A stretch of 63,113 nucleotides of DNA, filler included, from Stramenopiles sp. TOSAG23-3 (GCA_900128585.1; 42 parts of 42 records of this genome joined end to end with filler, not necessarily neighbours in it); one strand, 5' to 3'; counted from the whole stretch's first letter, positions 46,666 to 58,633 are shown. The notes: generated from the letters alone by a model not told the origin. Numbers and translations are program-made.

Positions 46666-47551
46666 NNNNNNNNNNNNNNNNNNNNNNNNNNNNNNNNNNN
46701 NNNNNNNNNTTAATTAATTAANNNNNNNNNNNNNNNNNNNNNNNNNNNNNNNNNNNNNNNNNNNNGTCTTGGTTTGAAGACATGGTTTACTGTGACGTTT
46801 ATGTGACAAATCGTCTGCTCCAAACAATTTAAACCTTACCTCCGAAAATACATCCAATGTTTCAATTTAACTACTTTTTATTTACCCTACGAAATTTATA
46901 TCTGGGGGTTAGATACGAAATTTAATTTTGCATCATCATCAAATAATAATCTCATCATACGTGATAGTGGGTCCTCCAATTATTAAAATATAATAGAACG
47001 ACTAATAAAAATATCTCATCATGCATCCATCATCTATAATGTAAACATCATCAACGGCTTTTTTTTTTCCCTCGTCTGCTCCTCTTATATTTTATATCTT
47101 GCACAATGAGGAACTTGCAAAAACGAACCAAAAGAAAAAAGTCATATTTAAACATATACAGCATTAACACTATTACGGGTATGAAGTCTCTATGAAACGG
47201 ACCGTCTATTTATAGAATTAATTTTTTTCTTCGTCTTATTCCTTTGTTTTCGATTCACTTTACGGATTTTTTAGTAATAAATACTACTACAACCGGTACT
47301 AAAAAATATAATAATAATATTGACGAAGGACAACATTAAAACAACTGTACTCCATGGATAAAACATTTGAATATTTTTATAATATTATTCATATTTCTCA
47401 ATCACATTAATTGTTGAACTTGAAGGAATTAGAAATTGTCAGAGGCCTTTTTTATTTTGGATTCCCGTTTCTACGATTTAAATTTTGGGTAAAGTGCATT
47501 GTTGACGGACTGCATTGGATCAGATAAGTACACGTTTAGTATTAATGTTCG

Positions 47552-48118
47552 ATGGTGAAAAAATCCTTCATAGCATTTTCGTCGAGGGCAAACCCGTCGC
47601 GAGCAGATGGCTCGTTGGGTTTCAAGATTGGTGAGATGGTCAAAGTGATGGCGTTGATTCGTGATTCCAAACAAATCCCGCTGGAACTAGACAAGCATGG
47701 CCATGTTTTTACCCAAGGGGGCGATAGATTTTATGGAAGCAATACCAAACAACAAAAAGGGTGGTTCTCTGTAAAGAGCGTGGATATATCATACAGCCAT
47801 GACGTAGAAGGCACTAATGTGGAGAGGACTATGTTGTCGCAGTCACAGATAGACAAATTGAAGAAACAATTTGATGCTCTCGATAAGGATGGCAGTGGGT
47901 ACTTGTCTGTCACGGAGCTTCAGGTGGGCTTGCGAAAATTGGGGCAAGATTTGACCCCTAAGCAGGCGCAAGAATTGGCCAACATGGTAAAAAATGACCA
48001 GTCCACTCCAGACGTCACGTTTCAAGAATTTACCGAGATGGTCCGCTTGCGCCTTGAGTCTGGTAAACGCAAAATCCATGTAAAGAAAAAGTGTTACGAA
48101 GAGACGAAGAGATATTAA
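47552..48118 (+). CDS. SH3-like plus EF-hand protein
   Basis: LGFKIGEMVKV..KGWFSVKSV; FDALDKDGSGYLSVTEL; degenerate second hand VTFQEF. Confidence 0.7.
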   Translation: MVKKSFIAFSSRANPSRADGSLGFKIGEMVKVMALIRDSKQIPLELDKHGHVFTQGGDRFYGSNTKQQKGWFSVKSVDISYSHDVEGTNVERTMLSQSQIDKLKKQFDALDKDGSGYLSVTELQVGLRKLGQDLTPKQAQELANMVKNDQSTPDVTFQEFTEMVRLRLESGKRKIHVKKKCYEETKRY

Positions 48119-48265
48119 AGAATCTAGTGCTGTACAATAAATAACTGATTTTTATAAATATCNNNNNNNNNNNNNNNNNNNNNNNNNNNNNNNNNNNNNN
48201 NNNNNNTTAATTAATTAANNNNNNNNNNNNNNNNNNNNNNNNNNNNNNNNNNNNNNNNNNNNAAT

Positions 48266-49489
48266 TCATACCTCCTCCTTTCCAAGGTCGAGTTTGAACT
48301 CCAACCATTCGTGCCCGGTTGCGTCGGTGTGTGTGCCGTTGGGTTCCATTCCAACCTTTTCAAGAAATGTTCGCATTGGGATGTTATCGGGAAGGGTCGC
48401 CGCGGTAATCGTCTTTATTTTTAATCTTGACGTTGCGTATTCGACGTTTGCTTCGAAACTTTCTTGGCAAATTCCTTTTCGCTGCCACGGCTTTGCGACG
48501 ACGATGCCCCATTCCGCAGTCGATGCCTTCGAATCGATGGTCCGGAACCCAGACGTTCCGATCAGCGCACCTGTGGACCGTTCGACTACGTCCATAAACA
48601 TACTTGTTTGCTTAGAAGCTTCCTCTCGGTGCCGTTTACGACGGGACGCCATGGCCTCCTCCGAGAGTGGGCAAAGGATAGCTAAATGTGGCAGCATCGT
48701 CTGCCGGTCGTTGTAGAGGGCTAGGACCGCCGAATCCCGGGACTTTTCCGGGCGACAAAAACGGAGGCGCGCCGACGAGCACACGATGTCGCCATGTGGC
48801 TCCATCGTGCCGAAGGTGCGAGACCCATAGAATGTCAACAATTTTGGGTTGCCCGGCAGGTGGCGAAACACATTTTTCTTCCAATAGGCGTTTCGAACGT
48901 ACGCTTGCAAAATTTCACAGTACACGTGATGGTGATCGTGGTCCCCGTCTTCGTCTTGCCCCTGGTCTTCTTCGGACCGAACGTGCGTGACCCTTGCTAG
49001 GATGTGCGCCGGGGCCTGCTTTAAAAATTCCAAACTTCTATGCGCGCACGCGGTCGTTTCTCGCCTTCTCTCCTTGGCAGACGTGCCTTGGCGTTTCGGC
49101 GCGGCTTTCGCCTCAAAAATATCTACCTCGTTCCATCCTGCCGAGCAAGTCTGAATGTTGAACTTGGCTTTCTTGTCCGTGTCTCTTCCGGACGTGCGGC
49201 CGATGCTGTTCGACAGAACGTCTTCCATGCCCTCGCATGCCACGCTCAACCCAAAAATGCGCGGGCGATCTCGCCCTAGAAGATACCCTGCGCTCGCCCT
49301 TTTCTTATTCATCGACATAAAAAATCGACCAAGATTGTCGATTGGGGTGACCCAGCTGATTACCATAAAGTTCGGCGTTGCCCCATCGTCCTTGACAGTC
49401 GAAAGGACGCACACAGGGTTCGGGTATAACAATCGGGACGACAAGTGCCGCTCCACTTTATGGACGCCAATCTCCGTAAACTGCGACAT
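48266..49489 (-). CDS. Flavin reductase-like (DIM6/NTAB) domain fused to a RimJ/RimL-type GNAT acetyltransferase
   Basis: RLLYPNPVCVLS..NFMVISW..IGRTSG; then IGTSGF, AEWGIVV..WQRKGI, N..MRTFLEKVGM. Confidence 0.8.
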   Translation of the reverse strand: MSQFTEIGVHKVERHLSSRLLYPNPVCVLSTVKDDGATPNFMVISWVTPIDNLGRFFMSMNKKRASAGYLLGRDRPRIFGLSVACEGMEDVLSNSIGRTSGRDTDKKAKFNIQTCSAGWNEVDIFEAKAAPKRQGTSAKERRRETTACAHRSLEFLKQAPAHILARVTHVRSEEDQGQDEDGDHDHHHVYCEILQAYVRNAYWKKNVFRHLPGNPKLLTFYGSRTFGTMEPHGDIVCSSARLRFCRPEKSRDSAVLALYNDRQTMLPHLAILCPLSEEAMASRRKRHREEASKQTSMFMDVVERSTGALIGTSGFRTIDSKASTAEWGIVVAKPWQRKGICQESFEANVEYATSRLKIKTITAATLPDNIPMRTFLEKVGMEPNGTHTDATGHEWLEFKLDLGKEEV

Positions 49490-50939
49490 CCTATTAATGC
49501 ATAAAAACAACCAAATTTATTGAACCCTTTAAATGCAAAATGTTCAAAGAAGAGAAGTTTCAAATCAAAGTATGCATTCTTTCCCGCCACCCCGTTGCGC
49601 CCGTTGCTCGTTGGATGATGGGGTCGGTGGTTGTTGATTGATTGTTGACCCACCACCGANNNNNNNNNNNNNNNNNNNNNNNNNNNNNNNNNNNNNNNNN
49701 NNNTTAATTAATTAANNNNNNNNNNNNNNNNNNNNNNNNNNNNNNNNNNNNNNNNNNNNGTAAATTTATTCGAAAGATATTTTTTGTTAATTGCAGAATA
49801 TTGCAGAGAGAAAAAAATGCCGAGTTAAATGTTTTGCGGCGGACAGTCAGCATGTACCACCCTCTACTGAATTACCGAACCCTTTGCACGTAAGAGCATT
49901 CTCATGTTCAAAGGAGGAAACAAGGGGCAATGCGCCAACATATCGTTGCATCCTCATCTGTGCAATTGCAAGAGGAAACCAAAGGCACGGAAAGGCCATC
50001 GAAAGCGACGAAATCTTCGACTGGTGGAATCTGAACGTTTGGATACTCCTATTTTAACCGAGCGATTGGAAGCAGAAAGACGGAAATACCGTGAGGCAAA
50101 GCGGAGCAGTACAACGGCTGGTTGAAAATTGCCTCTATTGCCAGGGCAGACATGTCCATCGTGGCGTTGCCCTTGTACAGTTTCATGCGAATGGTTTGGT
50201 GCTGAAATCTGCCCCGTGAAACATTTGGCGGAAGCCCGTTCGAGACAATTGCGCACCAACCTAGCAACAGCCATAGCTTTGCAATGGCCCCAACGAAGCC
50301 TGAGGATATAGTCATTGGAACGCACGCCTCGGTCATTATTCCCTCAACAAAATCGTTTTAAAAATAAATATTGGATGGAGCGAACAAATTAAAGGAAGCT
50401 AGCACGGTACGTGTCTTTTTCTATTTTCATGTAAGAATTGATACATTATCTGTTACCACCACCACCATTTAAATTGTATGTAATAGAAATAATAACAATT
50501 CGTTGCTTACTATATATAATATATAAAATAGGTTCATATTTTTTTTTAACAACGGAAAATCTGTCATTCTACGACTAAAGAATTCGTATTTAAATAGACG
50601 AATAATAGTCTCTAAATAATTTTTATAGCTAACATTTAGAGCTGGGAGAAGCCTGGCTAAGGGAATACAACATTACAAGGTCATAAGTATTTTCTATTTC
50701 ATAGGCATCTATCTGTTTATTAATATATAGATGTTAAGTAGTCTAAGTATAGAGAAATAATTCTTTCAATCCTTGAATAAATAAAAAACCTCTCTTGAAA
50801 AAGAGATTACTGTATTGTACTTATATTTGTATACTTCTATCCAATAATTTATTTAAAATGTTATATCGCTAGCGATGTATATAGCAATAAGAAGGGAAGG
50901 TAGATGACTCTTTTTAAATCGATGTGTGGGTTGGCGTTG

Positions 50940-51156
50940 CTTCCTTTCCTTCCTTTCCTCCTTTCCTTCCTTTCTTTCCTTTCCTTTCTTTCCTTCCTTC
51001 CTTCCCTTCCTTTCTTTCCTTCCTTTCCCCTTTCCTTCCTTTCCTTCCTTTCCTTCCTTGATTCTATTCTCCCTTATTCTTCTTCTCTCCTCTTTGGCTC
51101 CGGGGGAGAGGGGAAAGGAAGGAAAGAAAGGAAGGGAAGGAAGGAAGGAAAGAAAG
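50940..51156. repeat. Degenerate (TTCC)n tract followed by a (GGAA)n tract
   Basis: Pyrimidine tract then complementary purine tract. Confidence 0.85.
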
Positions 51157-51256
51157 NNNNNNNNNNNNNNNNNNNNNNNNNNNNNNNNNNNNNNNNNNNN
51201 TTAATTAATTAANNNNNNNNNNNNNNNNNNNNNNNNNNNNNNNNNNNNNNNNNNNN

Positions 51257-51558
51257 CAGATAACAAGGCTTCGGCCTTCGGGAACTGTCAGCTTCAGGGA
51301 CGCAAAGTTGTGCTTGGTGTCGTGATGCTCTTTTACCGTTGCATCAGCCAGGTTTTCTTCCTTCAAAAGAGAAAGCGTTCCTCCTTTGTCAAAGAATCGG
51401 ATTTGATACCGTCCCTTCTCCTCGTCGAAGCCCAGCACAAGCCCCGGCTTTCCATTGTGAGCCTTTGCCTTAACCAATTTACTCACTTTTATGTAATCGC
51501 CTTTTCTGAATTTCCTTTGGATGACCTCCTCTTCGTCGTTCTCTTCCCCCATTTTCAT
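51257..51558 (-). CDS. Protein with an N-terminal SH3-like barrel, 3' partial
   Basis: GDYIKVSKLVKAKAHNGKPG..GRYQIR..LKEENL. Confidence 0.6.
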
Positions 51559-53410
51559 GGTTATGAATTCACACTCAAATCTAGAGGAGCACAGTGTCGA
51601 TGCCCAGCGGATCGTAGTTACAACCAATGAGGTGACGTCGATAGAACACTATTAATGTGAAGCGGACTTTGGTGAAAGATCATTACTATCCGGAGAACAC
51701 TACGAAACCTGCTAGATTAAAATAATTAATGATTTCGTATGAAGAGATCGGCACGCACACGTGCGTTACATTATTTTCAATTACATATTACACAAAAAAA
51801 GAAATATTAGCTGCTCTACTAATAGAATATTAGATAGTCCTACCGTAATGTAATTAAAATAAGAAAATGGCGAACGTTATAACGTCTCTTCTAAATATTT
51901 TTTAAAAACTGGAGTAATTAATTTGTTATATTATTAAAATGTGGCTTATGTTTGGGAAAGCCAAAATATCTTTGTGAGTGAGTGAGCGAGCTGAGAGCTG
52001 AGAGCTGTGTGAGTGAGTAATTCGAGGAGTTGGAGTTATTCGTTACGAGTATCAATGAGAGAGATGATTTTCCACCAATGCTCTGTTGAGTTTATTTCCA
52101 TAGTCTATAATATTCATTGGTGTGTCGGTTTCACGGCCATATGCAATAGGGAATTAGAAACAATATAAGTAGTAAAAACAATACTAAATGATTTCCTATT
52201 GCTTAATGATGATCTACCCCCGCCGGGTAATAAAAAATCAACCACCAGGACAACCGGGAAATACATTACACAAGATTGGGTCATAAACGGATAGTAGTAG
52301 TAATAATAAAGCCAAGCAATTGAGCTTTTCACCTCTAACGCTGTATCTTGTACGAGAATTAAAATTTATTATTATTATTATTGGAGGAAGCACAAGCGCC
52401 GCCGAAGAAGAAGGAAGAATTTTTCTTCTTCTAACAACTTTTAAATAAATAATTATAGTCGTCTATAATAATATACACATCTCTTGTTTGTGTCTTCAGA
52501 GCGATTTTGAGAGAGAGAAAAGAAAATCGATTAATAGAAGAACAAAAGTTATTTGATCAGAAATTTGCGTAATATTTGACAATTTCAGCAAAACGTGGAA
52601 ATACATAAGGTGTTTTCGTAGTTGCTTGCGTAACAATTTCCCCTGCTGATTGNNNNNNNNNNNNNNNNNNNNNNNNNNNNNNNNNNNNNNNNNNNNTTAA
52701 TTAATTAANNNNNNNNNNNNNNNNNNNNNNNNNNNNNNNNNNNNNNNNNNNNCCAAGGCCCATGTATACTAATAGTATTATAATAGAGAGCTGACAACGA
52801 ACGTTTGCTGAACACGCATTCATAGGAAATAGTCCTACCAAACCACTTTATAAGTATAAAATTTGTATTGTGAACTTTTTTATTTCTAGGCTTTTTTTTA
52901 TGGTAAAATATCCTGTTTTGTTGGTATAGGCAAAACGTAATTAAGTTAAGTATAAGAAGACTATACTTGGTGAAATATAATAAATAACCCTATTATTATA
53001 CCCTGTTTTCTAACATTTGGTTTCTCTATATGAATTCAATTCGTTTGTTTTCTGTTCTTGTTCTTGAACGAAAGGCATGATTTAATAATATAATATTTTA
53101 ATTAATAGGAGGACATACCATAGTAGGAAGTCGTCTCGATTAATATTCTTCTTCTATTTTTAGTTAATTTCGTTTCTCTTTTTTTTTCACCGTTATTTTT
53201 CAAAAAGCTAGTGTTGTGTTGTGTTATTAAGCTTATGTTTTCTTATTTTTTTATTATTTGATACTATTACAACACATCTCGAATTTGCAATGACCACCAA
53301 TTTGCTATTGGAAATTTCTTCCAATGAGTCATGTCGGATAGGTTTGCTCTTTCGTTCGACTCTTCCCCTCGAATTGCACTTTCATTCCCTAAGACCCGGG
53401 GGGCAATGCA

Positions 53411-54148
53411 ATGGAGCGGGTCTCGCTATCATTCACGGCGCGCGAAGACACTGCGTGCGGAACGTACTGGAGAACACACCCTGTGCAGGTGAAGTTCGAT
53501 CGGTGCGTTCGCACGTTCCATCAACACCAGGAACAGCACGCCGAGGCGACGGTGAAGCTGAAGCGCGTACAAGGCTTCGCAGAGGACCACATCGAGATGT
53601 CCAAGAGGCGTTGGGAGGAGGAGGAAGCGGCGATTTTGACGAGGAAGAAAAAGGGGCAGGACAGGTACATGATGCTCGAGGAGGACCTCGCCTTGCTGAC
53701 GAAGCGGCGAGAGGACAGAAAAGAGGGGACAAAGCTCGTTCGGACCAGGACAAAGATGAAGAAGCAGGATATCCAGACGTTGGGAAAAGACTGTGGGGAA
53801 AAGGAGGCCCAAGTGGAGCAGTCACACGCGCTGCTTGGGACGTCGCAAAAGCAGTTCGAAGGGTTACTTGCACCACAGCTAAAGAAGCAAGAGAAGGCGA
53901 ACAACAAGCTGAACAAAGAAATCCGGACGCTGACGGCGAACGACCTGGCGTTTCGAAAAGAGATCACCGTGCTGACTACTCAGCGCGACGAGTTTCGAGA
54001 GAAGGTAGATGAGCAGGAAAAAACATTGGAATCGTTAAATTTAGAGCGCAAGTCAGCGAAGGAAAAAATTGGCCACTACAACAAGACGTTCACGGACATG
54101 ACTGCGCCTTTGCACTCTGCCGAGACCGACCGAGAGCTGCAGCGACAG
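53411..54148 (+). CDS. Long coiled-coil protein, 3' partial
   Basis: E/K/Q-rich helical frame with high GC3. Confidence 0.75.
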
Positions 54149-55067
54149 NNNNNNNNNNNNNNNNNNNNNNNNNNNNNNNNNNNNNNNNNNNNTTAATTAA
54201 TTAANNNNNNNNNNNNNNNNNNNNNNNNNNNNNNNNNNNNNNNNNNNNAAGTTTTTCATGTAGATTATGATCGATACCCTATCCGTCAAAAATATCATCA
54301 TTAAAGATGTTTAATGAACATTTTCAATAGGGCCCACAGGTGTGTGGGGCGAGACGCGATGATGCAGCGGTAATTCTTTACCCTGGACCGTCGGGTTTCA
54401 CGTCTATGGTGCTCTACCCCACTAGAATGGTAAAAACAGTCACGCGGACCCTTTCAACCTACCGGTGGCTTCAAACACTGGTTTTATCGATTCTTTTTGG
54501 CGCTTTTTTGCCTATGGCATGGTGTATGTAAATCATTGATCGTGTGCAAACGTTCCGGCGTTTTCAGCGGCGTAACTAAGGTTTAGAGAAGAATTTTCTG
54601 CCCTTCAGCTCACATTTTACAAGAGTGACTTCGTGGAACACATTTCAGGTCATTTTGTTCACCGAATGCAAATTCTGAACGTAATTGTGTCCCCCGCCCC
54701 CGCAAAATATCATGTTGTCACACCTAAACTTAGTTTATTGGTCGCCTTACTTTGAGACTCCTCCCTGCCAAAATTTGAATACAGGATTCGAACTCTATCG
54801 AAAAACTTCCAGGACTATCTCAACACGTCAAAATGGCGGCCTGAACAAACTTGGACAAACTTCAACACTCCAAGTTTGATAACAAAAGATAAACTGATAA
54901 CAATTTTTGCAAAACAATTCCATACTATTTATATGTTATTTAAACTGTAACGGTTTTAACGGCTATTTTTGGCTTTGAGTGGTGGCCTAGCAGGCCGACC
55001 GTACGTACCGACAGCCAGTAAAGTCATGCCCCGAAGGATTCTATTGAAGTTCCGTACGTTTGAAGTT

Positions 55068-55625
55068 TTAATTTCCAGAAAGCTTGTCGTTGACATCACT
55101 GGCCGTGTAGTTCTTATTGGGGTCATACGGTACTACTATTGCTTCCGGGTAGATGCCCCGAAGCACCGGCGTTAAAATTTGTGGTGCTGACTCTAATGGA
55201 AGCCCGTACAGTTCACAGAAGGCTTCAACTAATTCTTTTGGGTCGTCCCCTTCTCGCACATTTAACGTAAGCGGTCTCCGTTGGGGCAATGCAATGGGGA
55301 TTTGAACAAGCACTTTTTTTAATCTTTGAAATGCAACATTTGCTATTTGCATCACATCAATATTCAATTTCATAGCCAGACCTAAGTCTTGGAAGTGAGT
55401 AACCAGATCATGCTGCTCCCCTTGGCGAATGTCGATATTTATACTTCTCCCATCAGGCACAGTTACAGGAAAAGACAACAAAATGGAACGGTTGACTCTC
55501 TTCTCGTATTTGCTTCTGACGGAATGTATGGTAAGATTGGTTTGTTGCTTTGTAAGATCATGCAGGCCGAGATAATTTAGATTCGTTAGAATATCAAATT
55601 GAAGAGGTCCGCGAGTGGGAGCGCG
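55068..55625 (-). CDS. Terminal exon of a hypothetical protein with a repeated small domain
   Basis: The frame extends upstream to a polypyrimidine-TAG acceptor (CTCTTTTTTCTAG, AG at 55627-55626); repeats IDIRQGEQ and LNVREGDDP..FCELYGL. Confidence 0.65.
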   Translation of the reverse strand, partial: RAPTRGPLQFDILTNLNYLGLHDLTKQQTNLTIHSVRSKYEKRVNRSILLSFPVTVPDGRSINIDIRQGEQHDLVTHFQDLGLAMKLNIDVMQIANVAFQRLKKVLVQIPIALPQRRPLTLNVREGDDPKELVEAFCELYGLPLESAPQILTPVLRGIYPEAIVVPYDPNKNYTASDVNDKLSGN

Positions 55626-55744
55626 CTAGAAAAAAGAGGCTGGCNNNNNNNNNNNNNNNNNNNNNNNNNNNNNNNNNNNNNNNNNNNNTTAATTAATTAA
55701 NNNNNNNNNNNNNNNNNNNNNNNNNNNNNNNNNNNNNNNNNNNN

Positions 55745-56027
55745 GCTGTTATTTTTTATAGTAATTAAAATTAAAGAAAAAAAGAAGGTGTCAGTTCAAG
55801 AACAATGTCTCCTCCTATTGCTGCAGATCCTCCCCAAGTTCTGGTCAAGATTCCAATTGATTGGTCTTAAAAGTACACAGCGGCATAAATTTAAATTTAA
55901 TTTACTTATAAATAACAGCCAATTTTCTTGTTTTTGATTTTAAGAGGACGAGAAAATAATGTCCTGTCTAAGAATAAAAACAAATTATATTTTAATTACT
56001 TAAATAACAGCCAATTTTCTTGTTTTT
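55745..56027. mobile_element. Composite MITE-like cluster: inverted arm, module A, module B, arm, degenerate inverted arm, arm
   Basis: GCTGTTAT..TAATTAAAATT at 55745-55772; AATAACAGCCAATTTTCTTG at 55911 and 56003; internal modules recur on other contigs. Confidence 0.6.
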
Positions 56028-56049
56028 AATACTATTACCACACTGGCCC

Positions 56050-57138
56050 CTATCTTTCGTTTTGTGGTACTCCTGGCGAATCTGGGATTGCAACAACTAA
56101 GTCTTTCACCCCCCGTAAAACGCTATGCAAGTCTTCCTCTGGGTCTTCTGAAGTATCGACAGCTGCGCCCACACGGTGCTCTGTACCCATAACATTTAGG
56201 CTCTCAATTGCGGAGTACAGCTCGGCGTCTATGTCTCCATAATCGCGAGTCATGGCAGTGCCAGATAACCTGTCGGCGCCAAGGTCGAGTCCGTCATAAT
56301 AATCTCCCCCTGCCAAATGATCTGTCGGTGCGTTCGGTGGGTCCATAACCACATCATCATTTTCAACACCATATTCTACTGCCTTCTCGATTTGATCGGG
56401 GCCTATGTTCCTGGGCGGGGCACCCGATTCTTTAGAAAGTGATTTGTCGGTGTTTTCGGAGATTATTGATTCTTCAGATTCCAAATCCGATTCGGATACG
56501 ATACCATCCCCTTCGTCTATCTCTGAGTCGATATTGGCGGCAAAAGACTTCTCCAGACTTTCTTTCACGTTCTGTAAAATTTGGAGTTCTACTGCGTATC
56601 CGTCACGCTGTTGTTCTGCACTATCCAACAATTCTTTGAGTGCTATTTTCTCCGCTTGTAGATGTGCTATAATACTCTGCAATTTTGATTTTTCTGCCAT
56701 TCGCTCGTTTGCCATTTGCTGCAGGGCTGTGTGCAGGGTATATTGCTGGGCGTGTACAAGGCTGTTTTTTAAATCGAATATTTCTTGGACCATGTGCTTG
56801 CTCTCCCCAGCGGCATAGTCGATGGCCTCCTGCGATTGGGAGGAAACTCGGCGAATGGTGCCATGGAGGTTTTTTACAGACTCCCTTAGGCTCCTGTTCT
56901 CATCGGCTTGTTTTAAAGACCGCGCTTCCAACGTTGCTGAAACACCCTTCTCTTCCTCGTGCAATAATTTTAATGCTTCGTGTTCTCCTTTTTGCTTGGC
57001 AAGCGATTCTGATTGAGTTTTGATGGTTCTCTCTGATTCCATTTTTTCCATCTTGCATTTTGCCTTTAAAGCTTCGTACTTGTCAAAGTAGTCCGCGTTC
57101 AATTTCTTTAAGGTGGCTATTTCTTGTTCCTGCCGTTT
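56050..57138 (-). CDS. Coiled-coil protein with an acidic tail, 5' partial
   Basis: About 360 codons open from the contig edge. Confidence 0.75.
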   Translation of the reverse strand, partial: KRQEQEIATLKKLNADYFDKYEALKAKCKMEKMESERTIKTQSESLAKQKGEHEALKLLHEEEKGVSATLEARSLKQADENRSLRESVKNLHGTIRRVSSQSQEAIDYAAGESKHMVQEIFDLKNSLVHAQQYTLHTALQQMANERMAEKSKLQSIIAHLQAEKIALKELLDSAEQQRDGYAVELQILQNVKESLEKSFAANIDSEIDEGDGIVSESDLESEESIISENTDKSLSKESGAPPRNIGPDQIEKAVEYGVENDDVVMDPPNAPTDHLAGGDYYDGLDLGADRLSGTAMTRDYGDIDAELYSAIESLNVMGTEHRVGAAVDTSEDPEEDLHSVLRGVKDLVVAIPDSPGVPQNER

Positions 57139-57241
57139 ANNNNNNNNNNNNNNNNNNNNNNNNNNNNNNNNNNNNNNNNNNNNTTAATTAATTAANNNNN
57201 NNNNNNNNNNNNNNNNNNNNNNNNNNNNNNNNNNNNNNNCA

Positions 57242-58282
57242 GGCGCACTGACGGGACTTCGAAACGCGGACCTGCAACCTTTAGCAAGGCGAATCTCAGA
57301 ACAGGACTGGAACGGCACTCCGAAGCGCCACATAGCAGAGCTGCACCAACACCCGGCCCTACACGGTTTAGTGAGGATCATATACAAAATCGCAACGGCC
57401 CAGGTCCCCAGGGGAACGGACACGAACGTCAACGCAGTCATAAGGAGCGCAAAACTCATAATGATAAAAAAGAAGCCCAGCGGTCAACGACCCATTGCAA
57501 TCGGAGAAACCCTCCGACGCATCGCAGGACGATTCGTATCACAATGGCTGAAAGAGGAAGCCATAAAAGCACTCGGACCCTCGCAGACAGCGCTACAGTC
57601 GAACGGTACAACCAAGGTCGTCTTCGCGGTCAGAAACACATTGGAAAGACACCCTCACTTCGTTGGAATATTCCCGGACGCCAAGAATGCATTTAACACC
57701 CTGAGTAGGAAGTCGGCCATATCCCAAATGGGGGAATCAATACCAGGGTACATCAAATACCTCCACTTAACCTACGGAAACGACGCGGATATCATCATCG
57801 CGCAGGCCGGAGACGGAGTCCCAGTCCTTGACAGGGCCACCTCCAAAACGGCCAATATCAGATGGATCAAGTCACGACAAGGCACACAGCAAGGGGACCC
57901 AATCGGCATGACAATGTATTCATGCGGCCAGAAAAAGGCCCTACGCCTTACAATCGAATTCATGAACCACCTAGCGCGTAAGTGGCGGAGGGACCACGGA
58001 CCCCACACCAGGAAAGGCAAGGAAGCCACCGACTGGCTCCTAATCGCTTATGCCGACGACTTAGTGGTAGTCGCACCCCCAGTCATAGCAGTTCTAATAT
58101 ACTGCAGGTACGCCTACCTGAACTGGCTATACAACAGTTCGGTAGTGAAATCACAGTACAGGACGGCAGATCCGGACAATCTAAAAACAAATACAGTCGC
58201 TGCCCCCATACGGAATTCACCGATCGCCAAGACGCAGAGAAACTCGAGCCTCAGTCTAGCTCTCAGTCAAGCGAACCCATAG
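57242..58282 (+). mobile_element. Non-LTR retrotransposon reverse transcriptase, CRE-clade-like, truncated
   Basis: GALTGLR, KKPSGQRPIAIGETLRRI, DAKNAFN, GTQQGDPIG, YADDL; A/C-rich strand unlike host genes; stops about 70 codons after YADD. Confidence 0.88.
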
Positions 58283-58563
58283 ATTACGGAACACAGCCCG
58301 AGGTGGAGATACGTGATTATGAGGATTATGATTGGGTTCAGAATCGTATGATAACATATCATAGGAATGATAATGATGGTCTCGACCGATTTTGATTTTT
58401 ATGATTTTTATTAGTCATAGACACGAATTGGCCTTGCAATTGAGATAATCTTGAGAGTCTTAAAACATACTATATAATTAGTGTTTTTTTATATAATTTG
58501 TTCACATAGTACTAAGTAACATTCTTCGAACGATACGACTTACTTGAATATTAAAAACACATG

Positions 58564-58633
58564 TTAAATAACAGCCAATTTTCTTGCTTTAAATTAATGT
58601 ACTGCGAACTGAACTCTAAATTTAGACATTCAA
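58564..58633. repeat. Repeat arm plus inverted module C
   Basis: TTAAATAACAGCCAATTTTCTTG, then the reverse complement of GAATGTCTAAATTTAGAGTTCAGTTCGCAGTACATTAATTT. Confidence 0.85.

Noticed and set aside
1263-51212. ORFs made of PSFL, poly-F/S/L, poly-E or poly-K (1263, 15102, 43715, 50904)
   Set aside because: Translations of microsatellites running into N gaps
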